DNA of 64,000 nucleotides, from IMG/VR virus record IMGVR_UViG_2843291059_000004, positions 70,479-134,478 of that record. One strand, 5' to 3'. Each line of letters opens with the position of its first letter. The first letter of the stretch is position 1. Shown here one piece after another: positions 1 to 8,513 of the stretch. The notes beneath the pieces were generated by a model. It had not been told where the DNA came from. It worked only from the letters and a program-made list of their open reading frames with translations, and ran no database searches. A program made the position numbers and the translations under genes. This DNA is from a virus (Duplodnaviria; Caudoviricetes).

Positions 1-2
1 GG

Positions 3-371
3 TATGGACGTTCATATGATGCTTGCAAATACGCAATTGAGCACGACTGTGATATTGTAGCACCAGATAGATCTGGTGTAATAGCTTTAGAATGTATTAT
101 CAAAGACATCTGTAAAAATTTCGATTCATTGGAAATAGACAGGATTACTTACTCTGATTATATTTATTCCGTAATCATAAATCACCACAAGTTCAATGGT
201 GTGGTAGAAGTGATTGAAATTCGTCTATACGATATCTGTCAATATTTTGAACATGAAAAGATAGAACGTGGCCGAAGAAAAGATGTAGTATTTGATGATA
301 TTGATCGGTGTATGCAAGTCTTGTGTCCATATCGTAAAATCAGCATGGTTACAATGGAAGTTGAGGGATGA
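3..371 (+). CDS. hypothetical protein, 5'-truncated by the window edge
   Basis: Frame 3 is open from nt 3 (YGRSYDACKYAIEHDCDIV...) into the listed ORF 129..371. Confidence 0.6.
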   Translation, partial: YGRSYDACKYAIEHDCDIVAPDRSGVIALECIIKDICKNFDSLEIDRITYSDYIYSVIINHHKFNGVVEVIEIRLYDICQYFEHEKIERGRRKDVVFDDIDRCMQVLCPYRKISMVTMEVEG

Positions 372-374
372 ATA

Positions 375-545
375 ATGCGTACTTACGAGGATGTTTATGC
401 AGAAATCAAGCAGCTTGTGCGTGATATGAATAGCAACAGTCTGACACGCAGCGAGTATGAATCTGCTGAAGATTATTTGGATGAGCTCTATCAGGAGCGT
501 GAACGACTTTGGCTCAAGGCTATGGAAGATGGAGAGAGATGGTGA
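375..545 (+). CDS. small acidic hypothetical protein (56 aa, MRTYEDVYAEIKQL...)
   Basis: GAGGG RBS upstream, ATG 375, TGA 543-545; below the ORF-track size cut-off. Confidence 0.65.
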   Translation: MRTYEDVYAEIKQLVRDMNSNSLTRSEYESAEDYLDELYQERERLWLKAMEDGERW

Positions 546-636
546 GAACTGCTATTTGTAAAAGCCTGCTTTTATATTTTCCCTTTAGCTATACATTACA
601 GGATACATTCAAAAAGAACATGGAGGTGACTGCCGA

Positions 637-3420
637 ATGGCAAAGCAGCAAACTTGCCAAAAGTTTGTTTTTAAGATCCATACGAAGCGTCTGGTTGAAG
701 CAAAATGGGATTTAACTCTACCATTAGATGAAGCCAGACGAAATCACGAGATTATCTCGTTGGCTGATAGCACTGTTCTACGATGGATTGATGAGTTGAA
801 TGGTGTTACGGATGCAGAGGCTAAGGCACGGAGTATTAAGCGTAGAATTAAGATGTTACGGAATGAACCCTCTTGCTTAGAGAACCGCCGGGAAATTCGG
901 AGATTATACACTGAGCTTGACACAGTTCAGTTCAAACCGGATTATATGTGTCTGGTGGTAGACAAGAAGAATGATTACCGCCGGGCATGTTCTCCTAAAG
1001 GGTTCAAAATCAATGGAATTACATATCGTCGCTTGGTTGGAACCACTGGTGGTGTAAAGAATAGTACGATTGTGTTTGTGAGCGACCGTCTTATTGATGA
1101 TATCCGCAAACGAATCGATAATGGCCGTAACAAGGGAATGGAATTTGTGCCTGCAAAGTTAGAGGCTTATAGAGCCCTTGCTTGCTCTGCTTCTATTCCG
1201 GTCACTGACCCTGATGGTGTACTTGTTATAGATGATTGCTATACGCGCTTTAAAGACCATGTTGTTGTTCTGGACGATGGAGTGTCTGGAGAACCTACGA
1301 TAGTTGAAGATAAGGAACATGATTGTGAGCTGTGTGCGAATGACGGTTTTGGACTCATCAGTTACGACCTTGCACAGCAGTGGAGTGAGGATCTGAAGCT
1401 CCCATCCACCGCGTCTGGCTTCTGCGTGCGGAATGCGTTCTGTAAAGGCATGTTATTTCCCTTCCCTTTCCGCGAGTTCGCTAAGAAGATAGCAAAACAG
1501 AATATGCTAAAAGACGCATGGGGAGATTATCGTGATATAAATAGGATTCAAGTAGTTCTTAGTACCTCTATGTTGAAGCTGTGGGATAGTTATCATAGTT
1601 GTGAGGACTATCTTGAAAACTGTAGAGAGAACCACTATCACTTCTCTGTAACCAAGACTTGTGAGTTGGAGCTTGATGAGGAGCGCAATCTGAATTATCA
1701 GTTTATCCAAAGCTATCAGCTTACGAATGATGAGATTCGTGAGCTTGTAAAGCCGACTTTGGACGAAATCAAGGGCGTCATGGGCGGTGATTGGCGTGAT
1801 GCGTTGCTGTATTTGCGTGGCAGTGGAATGCGTGATGACCCGAATTACATAAACAGTCTGGAAAACGACTATATTAAGGCTCTTATGATTGAGCCAGAAA
1901 TGATTAACGACCCTTATGTGCAGAATCGGATTCGATACTTTATTAAAAAGCGAATCTCTCAGGCAAAAACTGGTGTTGTAAAGGTACGAGGGAATTTTCA
2001 AGTTGCGAGTGGCGATCCATATGCGCTTTGCCAGTCTATGTTTCGGATGGAGGTAACCGGACTATTGAAGGCCGGTGAGGTTTACAGTCGTTTTTGGAAT
2101 GATAGAGACGTCAAGAGGGTTGCTTGTTTTAGAGCTCCTATGAGTCAGATGGCAAATATTCGGTGCATGAATTTGAATGTATCTGATGATTGCCAATACT
2201 GGTATCGCTATATGAAGTCCGTGTTTATCACCAATGCGTGGGATAATATGTGTGCAGCGCTTAACGGTGAAGATTTCGATGCCGACCTTACATTTTCTAC
2301 CGACAATAGAGTCCTCATTGATAAATGGGTAAATGAGCCGGTCGTTCTTTGTGTTCAGCGTAAATGCGAGAAAAAAGTTCCGACCGAAAAGGATTTTATT
2401 GAATCTAATATCAGCGGATTTGGAGATAATATTGGACGTACAACAAACCGAATTACAACGATGTTTGATGTGCGAAGTAAATTTGAGCAAGGTAGTAAAG
2501 AGTACGATGAACTTACGTATCGCATTATCTGCGGACAGCTTTATCAACAGAACGCGATCGACAAAATAAAAGGCGTAGCTACGACAGATATGCCGCAATA
2601 CTGGTATGACAATAAAGCTTGCGCCGTTAAAGATGATGATAATCCTGATACTATCGAGGATAAGAAGTTCTGGAGTAGTATTTGCGCATGGCGTAAGCCA
2701 TACTTCATGAGCTACATCTACCCTGCTCAGATGCGTGATTACAAGCAGTATGTGGCCGCAGCTCGCAAGCGCATCAAGTGGGATGGGTTTGCCGGCCTGG
2801 ATGAGATTATGCAAAAGACCGTCAAGGACGATGTGGATGAAATGGTTATCCAGTATTACCTCTATCGGATGCCGGTCGGAATCAATTCTTGTACCATGAA
2901 TCGTTTATGCTGGACTGTCGAGGATGAATTAGAGGACTTTGAAGAAGAACTCAAGATAAAGCGTAAGTTTGATTATGACTCACTCAAGTCTGGCGTTGAG
3001 TACACCAATTCTCAATACTATGGTATCCGCTCTATTTTTAAGGATTACTTGAGGTTTGCTCGTGGCAACGCAATCCATTCTGGCAACGGAAACAATAATA
3101 AAGAAACCAGCGCAGACCGCAAGGAGCGAATTGCGCTATATCAGGAAAGTATGTTCCGTAATCTTCACGATAAATGTTCCAATGACGATGTGCTTTGCGA
3201 TATTATGCTTGATCTTTGTAAGAAGAATGCATCCAGTATTGCAATCGTCTGGGAACTGTTTCATGATACTTTGATTAAACGCTTATTGGAACGCCATGAC
3301 GGTATGGTGCATTCTCTTGTGCAGGACGAGAATGGCGACATTGAATATGATGGCAAGCGTTTCAAGGATGTGTTGATTAACATGAATAGCAAGGAGGATG
3401 CGGATGATTGTATTGAATGA
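637..3420 (+). CDS. yonO: YonO-like single-subunit (two-barrel, RdRP-family) DNA-dependent RNA polymerase
   Basis: 927 aa; DGFG, KGML, RAP and catalytic loop NGEDFDADL (DxDxD); GGAGGT RBS; lies upstream of SPbeta-like late genes. Confidence 0.85.
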   Translation: MAKQQTCQKFVFKIHTKRLVEAKWDLTLPLDEARRNHEIISLADSTVLRWIDELNGVTDAEAKARSIKRRIKMLRNEPSCLENRREIRRLYTELDTVQFKPDYMCLVVDKKNDYRRACSPKGFKINGITYRRLVGTTGGVKNSTIVFVSDRLIDDIRKRIDNGRNKGMEFVPAKLEAYRALACSASIPVTDPDGVLVIDDCYTRFKDHVVVLDDGVSGEPTIVEDKEHDCELCANDGFGLISYDLAQQWSEDLKLPSTASGFCVRNAFCKGMLFPFPFREFAKKIAKQNMLKDAWGDYRDINRIQVVLSTSMLKLWDSYHSCEDYLENCRENHYHFSVTKTCELELDEERNLNYQFIQSYQLTNDEIRELVKPTLDEIKGVMGGDWRDALLYLRGSGMRDDPNYINSLENDYIKALMIEPEMINDPYVQNRIRYFIKKRISQAKTGVVKVRGNFQVASGDPYALCQSMFRMEVTGLLKAGEVYSRFWNDRDVKRVACFRAPMSQMANIRCMNLNVSDDCQYWYRYMKSVFITNAWDNMCAALNGEDFDADLTFSTDNRVLIDKWVNEPVVLCVQRKCEKKVPTEKDFIESNISGFGDNIGRTTNRITTMFDVRSKFEQGSKEYDELTYRIICGQLYQQNAIDKIKGVATTDMPQYWYDNKACAVKDDDNPDTIEDKKFWSSICAWRKPYFMSYIYPAQMRDYKQYVAAARKRIKWDGFAGLDEIMQKTVKDDVDEMVIQYYLYRMPVGINSCTMNRLCWTVEDELEDFEEELKIKRKFDYDSLKSGVEYTNSQYYGIRSIFKDYLRFARGNAIHSGNGNNNKETSADRKERIALYQESMFRNLHDKCSNDDVLCDIMLDLCKKNASSIAIVWELFHDTLIKRLLERHDGMVHSLVQDENGDIEYDGKRFKDVLINMNSKEDADDCIE

Positions 3421-4153
3421 AGTTCTTTACGCTGAAGAGTGGCTAGAAAAGGATGTACCTTGGAAAAGGGCGGGGCATGTTTTGCATTATGTTGCGAAGT
3501 ACTATTTTTACAAAGGGTACTCAAAGGATGATGTAAGAGAAAAGCTCAACGAGTATATGTTGCGTCATTTTGAAGGGTACAACAAGGTTCTGGATAGAGA
3601 ACTGATTGATAAAGCAATCGCTTCTGCTAAAGGCCGTCCTATGGTGGAACTTGATGGTGTGTGCATTACAAAAGCAGAGGTAGAGAAGATTCAAGCACTT
3701 GAGGGCAAGCAGATGCAACGCTTGATGTTTACGATGCTGTGTCTGGCAAAATATCATATTGCAGTTAATGAAAAATGCAACTACTGGATTACGGAAGATA
3801 CGGCTGATATTTTCAGGATGGCAAACGTATCCGCGAATGAAAAAAAACAGAACGAGATGATTTGTGAGTTACATAATCTTGGCTTTATTGGGTTTGCCAG
3901 CTTGAAAAAGATTGACAACTTGAACATCCATGTTTTGATTGCGGAGCCGGATTCTCCTCATGAGATTTTCGTGGACGATTTTGAGAATGCTGGTATTCTG
4001 TGGAGCCAGTATTGTGGGAAAGAGTACATCAAGTGTGATTGTTGCGGAAAGATGGTTGCTCGCACCGGACGCAGACAAAAATACTGTCGTAAGTGCGCTA
4101 AAAACGTAAATATTGAGAAAACCGTGCAAAATAGAAAAATGTTTGATTTATGA
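3404..4153 (+). CDS. hypothetical protein coupled to the RNA polymerase, C-terminal CxxC..CxxC zinc ribbon
   Basis: AGGAGG RBS; overlaps the polymerase stop; KCDCCGK...YCRKC. Confidence 0.75.
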   Translation: MIVLNEVLYAEEWLEKDVPWKRAGHVLHYVAKYYFYKGYSKDDVREKLNEYMLRHFEGYNKVLDRELIDKAIASAKGRPMVELDGVCITKAEVEKIQALEGKQMQRLMFTMLCLAKYHIAVNEKCNYWITEDTADIFRMANVSANEKKQNEMICELHNLGFIGFASLKKIDNLNIHVLIAEPDSPHEIFVDDFENAGILWSQYCGKEYIKCDCCGKMVARTGRRQKYCRKCAKNVNIEKTVQNRKMFDL

Positions 4154-4300
4154 AATGCGAAAAAGCGCAATATTTTAACGTAGATACGTTATAATTTTAC
4201 ATATATAGAGTAAAACACAGTGCGGAAAGTTATGGTAGGGAGAGAGCGAGGATGCTTGTTTTCTTCCTACCTATTTTATTTTGAAAGGGTGTTTTACCTA

Positions 4301-4480
4301 ATGATTGAAATCACTAAGTCCGAAGCGAAGGCTGTGCGAAAGGTCTTCCCTCATGCTTGTATTGCAAAGACCCGTCACAAGCGGTATCTGGAAGAGTCCG
4401 CTCGATATCTTGAGCTGCTTCCTTTTAATATCGCCGCTGTCGAGATGCTAAAGCAGATGCAGCGTAACGCACGTTACTAA
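4301..4480 (+). CDS. small hypothetical protein (MIEITKSEAK...)
   Basis: GAAAGGG RBS, ATG 4301. Confidence 0.6.
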   Translation: MIEITKSEAKAVRKVFPHACIAKTRHKRYLEESARYLELLPFNIAAVEMLKQMQRNARY

Positions 4481-4506
4481 TCTTTGAAAGAACGAGGTAT
4501 AGTAAT

Positions 4507-5130
4507 TTGGATTTTGAGATTCAGCTGCCCGAAGAGATCACTGAACTGATGAACAAGGGTGGTCTCCCCTCTCCTGAGATGATGAATTTCTATGTTGATG
4601 AGAAAGAGCGTATCTTTTTTATCGACTTTGAGATTGACCAGTCTCTGATTGAAATTGAACGTAAAATTCTGCAATACAATCGTATCGATAAGAATACCCC
4701 TGTTGAGCAGCGCAAGCCCATTAAACTGTTTATTTACAGCTATGGTGGTGAGTTGGACGCTATGTTCAGTTTCATTGATGTTGTTGCACTGAGCAAGACT
4801 CCTGTTTGGACGATTAACGCAGGTATTGCAATGAGCGCTGCTCTTGTGATGTTGCTGTCTGGTCAGAAGCGCTTTGCTCTGCCTCATTCTACTGCGCTGA
4901 TTCACAGTGGCTCTGGAGGTACGCAGGGTACTTTTGAGCAGTCTAAGATGGCTATGGACTACTACGAGAAGCAGGTTGTGAAGATGCGTGAGTATATTAT
5001 GGCTCATTCTGCCATTGACAAGAAGACTATGACAAAGAATAAGGCCAAGGATTGGTATCTGGATGCTAATGAGCAGGTCAATTTTGGTATCGTCGATAAG
5101 ATTTGCGATGATGTGGATGAGTTCAATTAA
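4507..5130 (+). CDS. clpP: ClpP-family serine protease
   Basis: SYGG, AMSAA (Ser), LIH (His), DWYL (Asp) triad pattern. Confidence 0.9.
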   Translation: MDFEIQLPEEITELMNKGGLPSPEMMNFYVDEKERIFFIDFEIDQSLIEIERKILQYNRIDKNTPVEQRKPIKLFIYSYGGELDAMFSFIDVVALSKTPVWTINAGIAMSAALVMLLSGQKRFALPHSTALIHSGSGGTQGTFEQSKMAMDYYEKQVVKMREYIMAHSAIDKKTMTKNKAKDWYLDANEQVNFGIVDKICDDVDEFN

Positions 5131-5146
5131 GGGAGAGTTGTAATAT

Positions 5147-5860
5147 ATGGCTTCTGATAAGACTGAAATGCGTAAGAAGAAGGATATCCCTCAGAGTCTG
5201 GATGAGTATTCTACCTTTTATGGTATGACGCTTGATCCAGAACAGAAAATTTTTAGGGACGCTATCTGGGACCCTAATATTGATGTCGTCTTTGCGAACG
5301 CCCGTGCCGGAACCGGTAAGACTACAATTGCTGTTGGTGTTGCTGACCTGCTTGTTAAGTATGGTCGTTACAATGGCATTGTGTATATTGTATCTCCTAC
5401 TCAGGAAGAGAAACAGGGTTACCTTCCAGGAACTCAGGAACAAAAGAGTGCTCCGTACATGGAGCCACTTTTCGAGGCTCTTGAAACCATTGGCGTTAAT
5501 CCAAATACGGCGGTAATTGCTGATGAAAATCCTGAAAGTCAGAAGTATGGTGCGTACATCCAGTGTGCAGCACATACTTATATGCGAGGTGTCAACTTTG
5601 AAAACAAGGTTATTATCCTCGACGAAATACAAAATTTCACTCTAGCCGATGCGAAGAAAGTCATTACGCGAGTAAAAGACTCGTGCCTCCTCATTGCGAT
5701 CGGACATTCTGGTCAATGTGACTTGTATAAGCACCCGGAACGGTCAGCACTGATTCCGTACACGGAGCATTTCAGGGGGCATGACCGTACCGCAATTTGT
5801 GAGTTGAATACAAATCATCGTGGTTGGATTAGCACTTGGGCTGATGCTCTTGAATGCTAA
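5147..5860 (+). CDS. phoH: PhoH-family ATPase
   Basis: AGTGKT Walker A, YMRG, IILDEIQN, GHSGQCD motifs. Confidence 0.9.
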   Translation: MASDKTEMRKKKDIPQSLDEYSTFYGMTLDPEQKIFRDAIWDPNIDVVFANARAGTGKTTIAVGVADLLVKYGRYNGIVYIVSPTQEEKQGYLPGTQEQKSAPYMEPLFEALETIGVNPNTAVIADENPESQKYGAYIQCAAHTYMRGVNFENKVIILDEIQNFTLADAKKVITRVKDSCLLIAIGHSGQCDLYKHPERSALIPYTEHFRGHDRTAICELNTNHRGWISTWADALEC

Positions 5861-5902
5861 AATACTTCAATTTTGAAATAAAATATAAGGGAGAATAAAA
5901 TT

Positions 5903-6091
5903 ATGGTTGCTAAGAAGAGTGTTGTTTTTAAGAACGCTATTATTGATACTGCCGAGGGCACTATCACTGAGATCACCAAGGACGGTGAGAACGTCTTCAA
6001 TCTGAAGGAAGCTTTGGCAAAGTGGGATGGTATTGAGGGTGTCACCATCAATATTTCCACTTCTGATGAGCTGCTGGGCGACCCGGCTTGA
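5903..6091 (+). CDS. YonK-like small protein
   Basis: 62 aa; size, sequence pattern and position before the phosphoesterase match the SPbeta yonK-yonJ order. Confidence 0.65.
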   Translation: MVAKKSVVFKNAIIDTAEGTITEITKDGENVFNLKEALAKWDGIEGVTINISTSDELLGDPA

Positions 6092-7086
6092 TGCCAATGG
6101 GTTGCTATAATAAACGGCCAGAAGAAACGAGCGATGACTTCTTTGTAAGAATCGGGAATGCTGTTCTGGCTAGAGAATTGACTTGGGATGGCGCATCCAA
6201 AGTACTCAATGATGAATTGGGTAAGAATTTTGGTGAGTGCGCATATCGCAAGCGTTTTAAGGCATTCCGTGCGGGTATGCAGTATCAGGAGTCATTATCT
6301 AATAGAGATGTGGGAACCTGCATTCTGTCTATTTCCGACCTACATATTCCATTCCAGAAGCCCATTGAGACTTTTAGTGAGTACGCTGGCAAGATTGATA
6401 TTCTTCAGGTAAACGGAGATCTGGTAGATGCGCAGGCCATTTCTCGTTTCAACAAGGTGTATCGTAAGAGTCCAATGGAGGAAATTCTGATTGCACGTCA
6501 GTATATGATTGACCTGATTGAGATGCTTCAGCCTAAGAAGGTTGTTGTCAATTATGGTAATCATGACTTACGCTTCCAGAATTATCTTGCTAAGAATCTG
6601 GACACCGACTTGCTTGAACTGATGCCAAAGACATCTTTGGAGCTTATTTTTGTTGATGGCTTTAACCATTACAACAAGGAGCTTCATACAAAGGTTCATT
6701 ACGACCCTCTGATTGATGTTTTTAAGGACAGTGGTATCGAGATCGGTTATAACGATACTTGGTTTAGTTTTGTTGGCGAAACAATTTTTGTGCATCCACT
6801 TGCTTACTCTAGCGGTATGTTGAAAACGGCAGAAAAGGCATATCGGTATTTCAAGGATAATGATTATTTCTTTGATACTATCGTGATGGCACACACTCAT
6901 AAAACAGGTCACTATGATATCGGTAATTCTGTAATTTATGAGCAGGGCTGTTGTTGTGAAACGTCAAAAATGGATTACGCAGATGGAAAATTAACCCCAT
7001 CTCAGCGAGAAGGATTTATTCTGGTCTATCAGGATAAATTTGGAAGGCTGAATGAAGATAAGACGCACATTGTACGTCTAAATTAA
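6088..7086 (+). CDS. calcineurin-like metallophosphoesterase (YonJ-like)
   Basis: SDLH, GDLVD, GNHD, AHTH motifs. Confidence 0.85.
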   Translation: MMPMGCYNKRPEETSDDFFVRIGNAVLARELTWDGASKVLNDELGKNFGECAYRKRFKAFRAGMQYQESLSNRDVGTCILSISDLHIPFQKPIETFSEYAGKIDILQVNGDLVDAQAISRFNKVYRKSPMEEILIARQYMIDLIEMLQPKKVVVNYGNHDLRFQNYLAKNLDTDLLELMPKTSLELIFVDGFNHYNKELHTKVHYDPLIDVFKDSGIEIGYNDTWFSFVGETIFVHPLAYSSGMLKTAEKAYRYFKDNDYFFDTIVMAHTHKTGHYDIGNSVIYEQGCCCETSKMDYADGKLTPSQREGFILVYQDKFGRLNEDKTHIVRLN

Positions 7087-7207
7087 AAGCGGTGAGCCCC
7101 TACCACTAAACGGGAACCTAAAAAAGAAGTACGACCGTAAGGTCTGCTTGGGACATCATTTGTTGTCTCCTTTTCTATGGGCTGGGGTGATTGCTCCAGC
7201 TTATTGT

Positions 7208-7295
7208 GCCAGTGTAGTTCAGTTGGTAGAACGCGGGTTTTGTAATCCCGATGCCTTTATGGATTTCGCATGTTCAAGTCATGTCACTGGCTCCA
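7208..7295 (+). tRNA. tRNA-Thr(TGT) with an unusually long variable region
   Basis: Acceptor GCCAGTG/CACTGGC, U73, encoded CCA, anticodon loop TTTGTAA, T-arm GCATG-TTCAAGT-CATGT, 17-nt variable region. Confidence 0.75.
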
Positions 7296-7296
7296 T

Positions 7297-7372
7297 GCCA
7301 CTTTAATTCAGTAGATAGAATGATGTGTTCGTACCACATATGTCGTAGGTTTGATTCCTACAGGTGGCTCCA
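7297..7372 (+). tRNA. tRNA-Thr(CGT), degenerate
   Basis: GCCACTT/AGGTGGC, anticodon stem ATGTG/CACAT, loop TTCGTAC, CCA; D-loop lacks GG and T-loop is TTTGATT. Confidence 0.7.
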
Positions 7373-7573
7373 AGCTGTGCGGTCAATAGTTGCTACCGCC
7401 TAGACCAACTCAATCTACGGATGGTTGGATACAAAGTAGTTCTGTGGAACGAAATGATAAGCTATTCGTGTTTCGCCACGTTAATGCGAAGCTTTAAAAG
7501 TCTAAAACAAGCGTTTTATCAACACGAGGACAATTCAACTAGCTCGGATGATTTGATGGATGCTTGTTTACAT

Positions 7574-7649
7574 GGGGATGTAGCTCAGTGGCTAGAGCAT
7601 CTGACTGTTAATCAGAGTGTCGCCAGTTCAACTCTGGCTAGGGCCTCCA
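7574..7649 (+). tRNA. tRNA-Asn(GTT)-like with a mispaired acceptor stem (possible pseudo-tRNA)
   Basis: Perfect D, anticodon (TCTGA-CTGTTAA-TCAGA) and T arms; acceptor GGGGATG/TAGGGCC has 3 mismatches; CCA present. Confidence 0.65.
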
Positions 7650-7715
7650 AAGATTGTACAGCTATTCCCTACACCTTTATATAAAGGTAGCTGTACAGGA
7701 AAGTAGGGTTATTGT

Positions 7716-7807
7716 GCGGTCTTACTCAAGTGGTTGAAGAGAACGGTCCTGAAAACCGTTAGGTCGGCGAACCCGATGCCAGAGTTCGAATCTCTGAGAC
7801 CGCGCCA
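7716..7807 (+). tRNA. tRNA-Ser(TGA), class II
   Basis: GCGGTCT/AGACCGC, G73, CCA, long variable arm; anticodon loop CCTGAAA (C33 instead of U33). Confidence 0.8.
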
Positions 7808-7874
7808 GTCCTTCTCCCGGAGGGCCTATATTATACCGGTTCCCTACCACCGACTAAAAGGTAGGTTTTATTGT

Positions 7875-7982
7875 GAGCTTGTAATGCGAAGAGGTTGAAC
7901 GTGGCGGATGGTAGCAGACATCTGCACGAAGCGAGATTGCTTATTCGTGGATACAGCGCAGGTTCGAATCCTGTCAAGCTCG
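7875..7982 (+). ncRNA. tRNA-like RNA with a non-canonical anticodon arm and a very long variable arm
   Basis: GAGCTTG/CAAGCTC acceptor, GCAGG-TTCGAAT-CCTGT T-arm, 7-bp GCGGATG/CATCTGC arm with 8-nt loop, CACGAA/TTCGTG variable arm; no CCA. Confidence 0.6.
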
Positions 7983-8090
7983 AAGAAAATGGCTATATGA
8001 GCGCGACATATAGCAAGTCCGAAGTCTTGGTTTTAGAATCATGATGTACACATGACTTTCTACTTCTTGAGACACTTAGGCATCATATAG

Positions 8091-8170
8091 CGCAGCGTTG
8101 CCCAGTCAGGTCTACGGCACCGGCCTCATAAGCCGTGTATTCGTTGGTTCAAATCCAACCGCTGTACCCA
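8091..8170 (+). tRNA. tRNA-Met(CAT), initiator-like and degenerate
   Basis: CGCAGCG/CGCTGTA with C1xA72 mismatch, loop CTCATAA, T-arm GTTGG-TTCAAAT-CCAAC, CCA; anticodon stem GGC/GCC rather than GGG/CCC; C73. Confidence 0.75.
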
Positions 8171-8304
8171 GCATCTCTCCTTTTGCAAGCCTGAGTTATG
8201 GTTTTACTACTCCCTCCATAACTCAGGTATTTGAAGATTATTATGCTACTTCGGTGGCAGGGCGCGGTACGTTATTGACGTAGCAAACCTATATAGATGA
8301 TAAA

Positions 8305-8445
8305 GACTCCGCCGCGCCTCTCACGGAAGCGTATAATGGCGGAGTCGTCTGAGCCCACTAAGCCTCTCAACGACGCGTATCATGGTGGGTCTTTTAATGA
8401 ATGAAACACTCTTGGCCTCTGCTACGCAAGCACATTAGAGGGTGT
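8305..8445 (+). ncRNA. three tandem stem/large-loop RNA motifs sharing loop consensus GCCTCT..CG..GC..AT (possibly skipping-rope-like)
   Basis: Stems 8305-8346, 8353-8390 and 8406-8445 differ in sequence, while the 22-24-nt loops are conserved. Confidence 0.6.
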
Positions 8446-8513
8446 CTTTTGTTTGCCGTGGAATGTGCGCACGTTCTACGGCTTTTATTTTGATTTTGAA
8501 TGGAGGTGTATTG

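Noticed and set aside
7208-7295. tRNA-Tyr(GTA) reading of the long-arm tRNA
   Set aside because: Stem register centres TGT in the loop; acceptor and U73 are Thr-like.
7296-8300. Theta/HDV-like ribozymes after tRNAs and stop-codon recoding
   Set aside because: No HDV nested double-pseudoknot recognised, no suppressor anticodon, and genes read normally in code 11.
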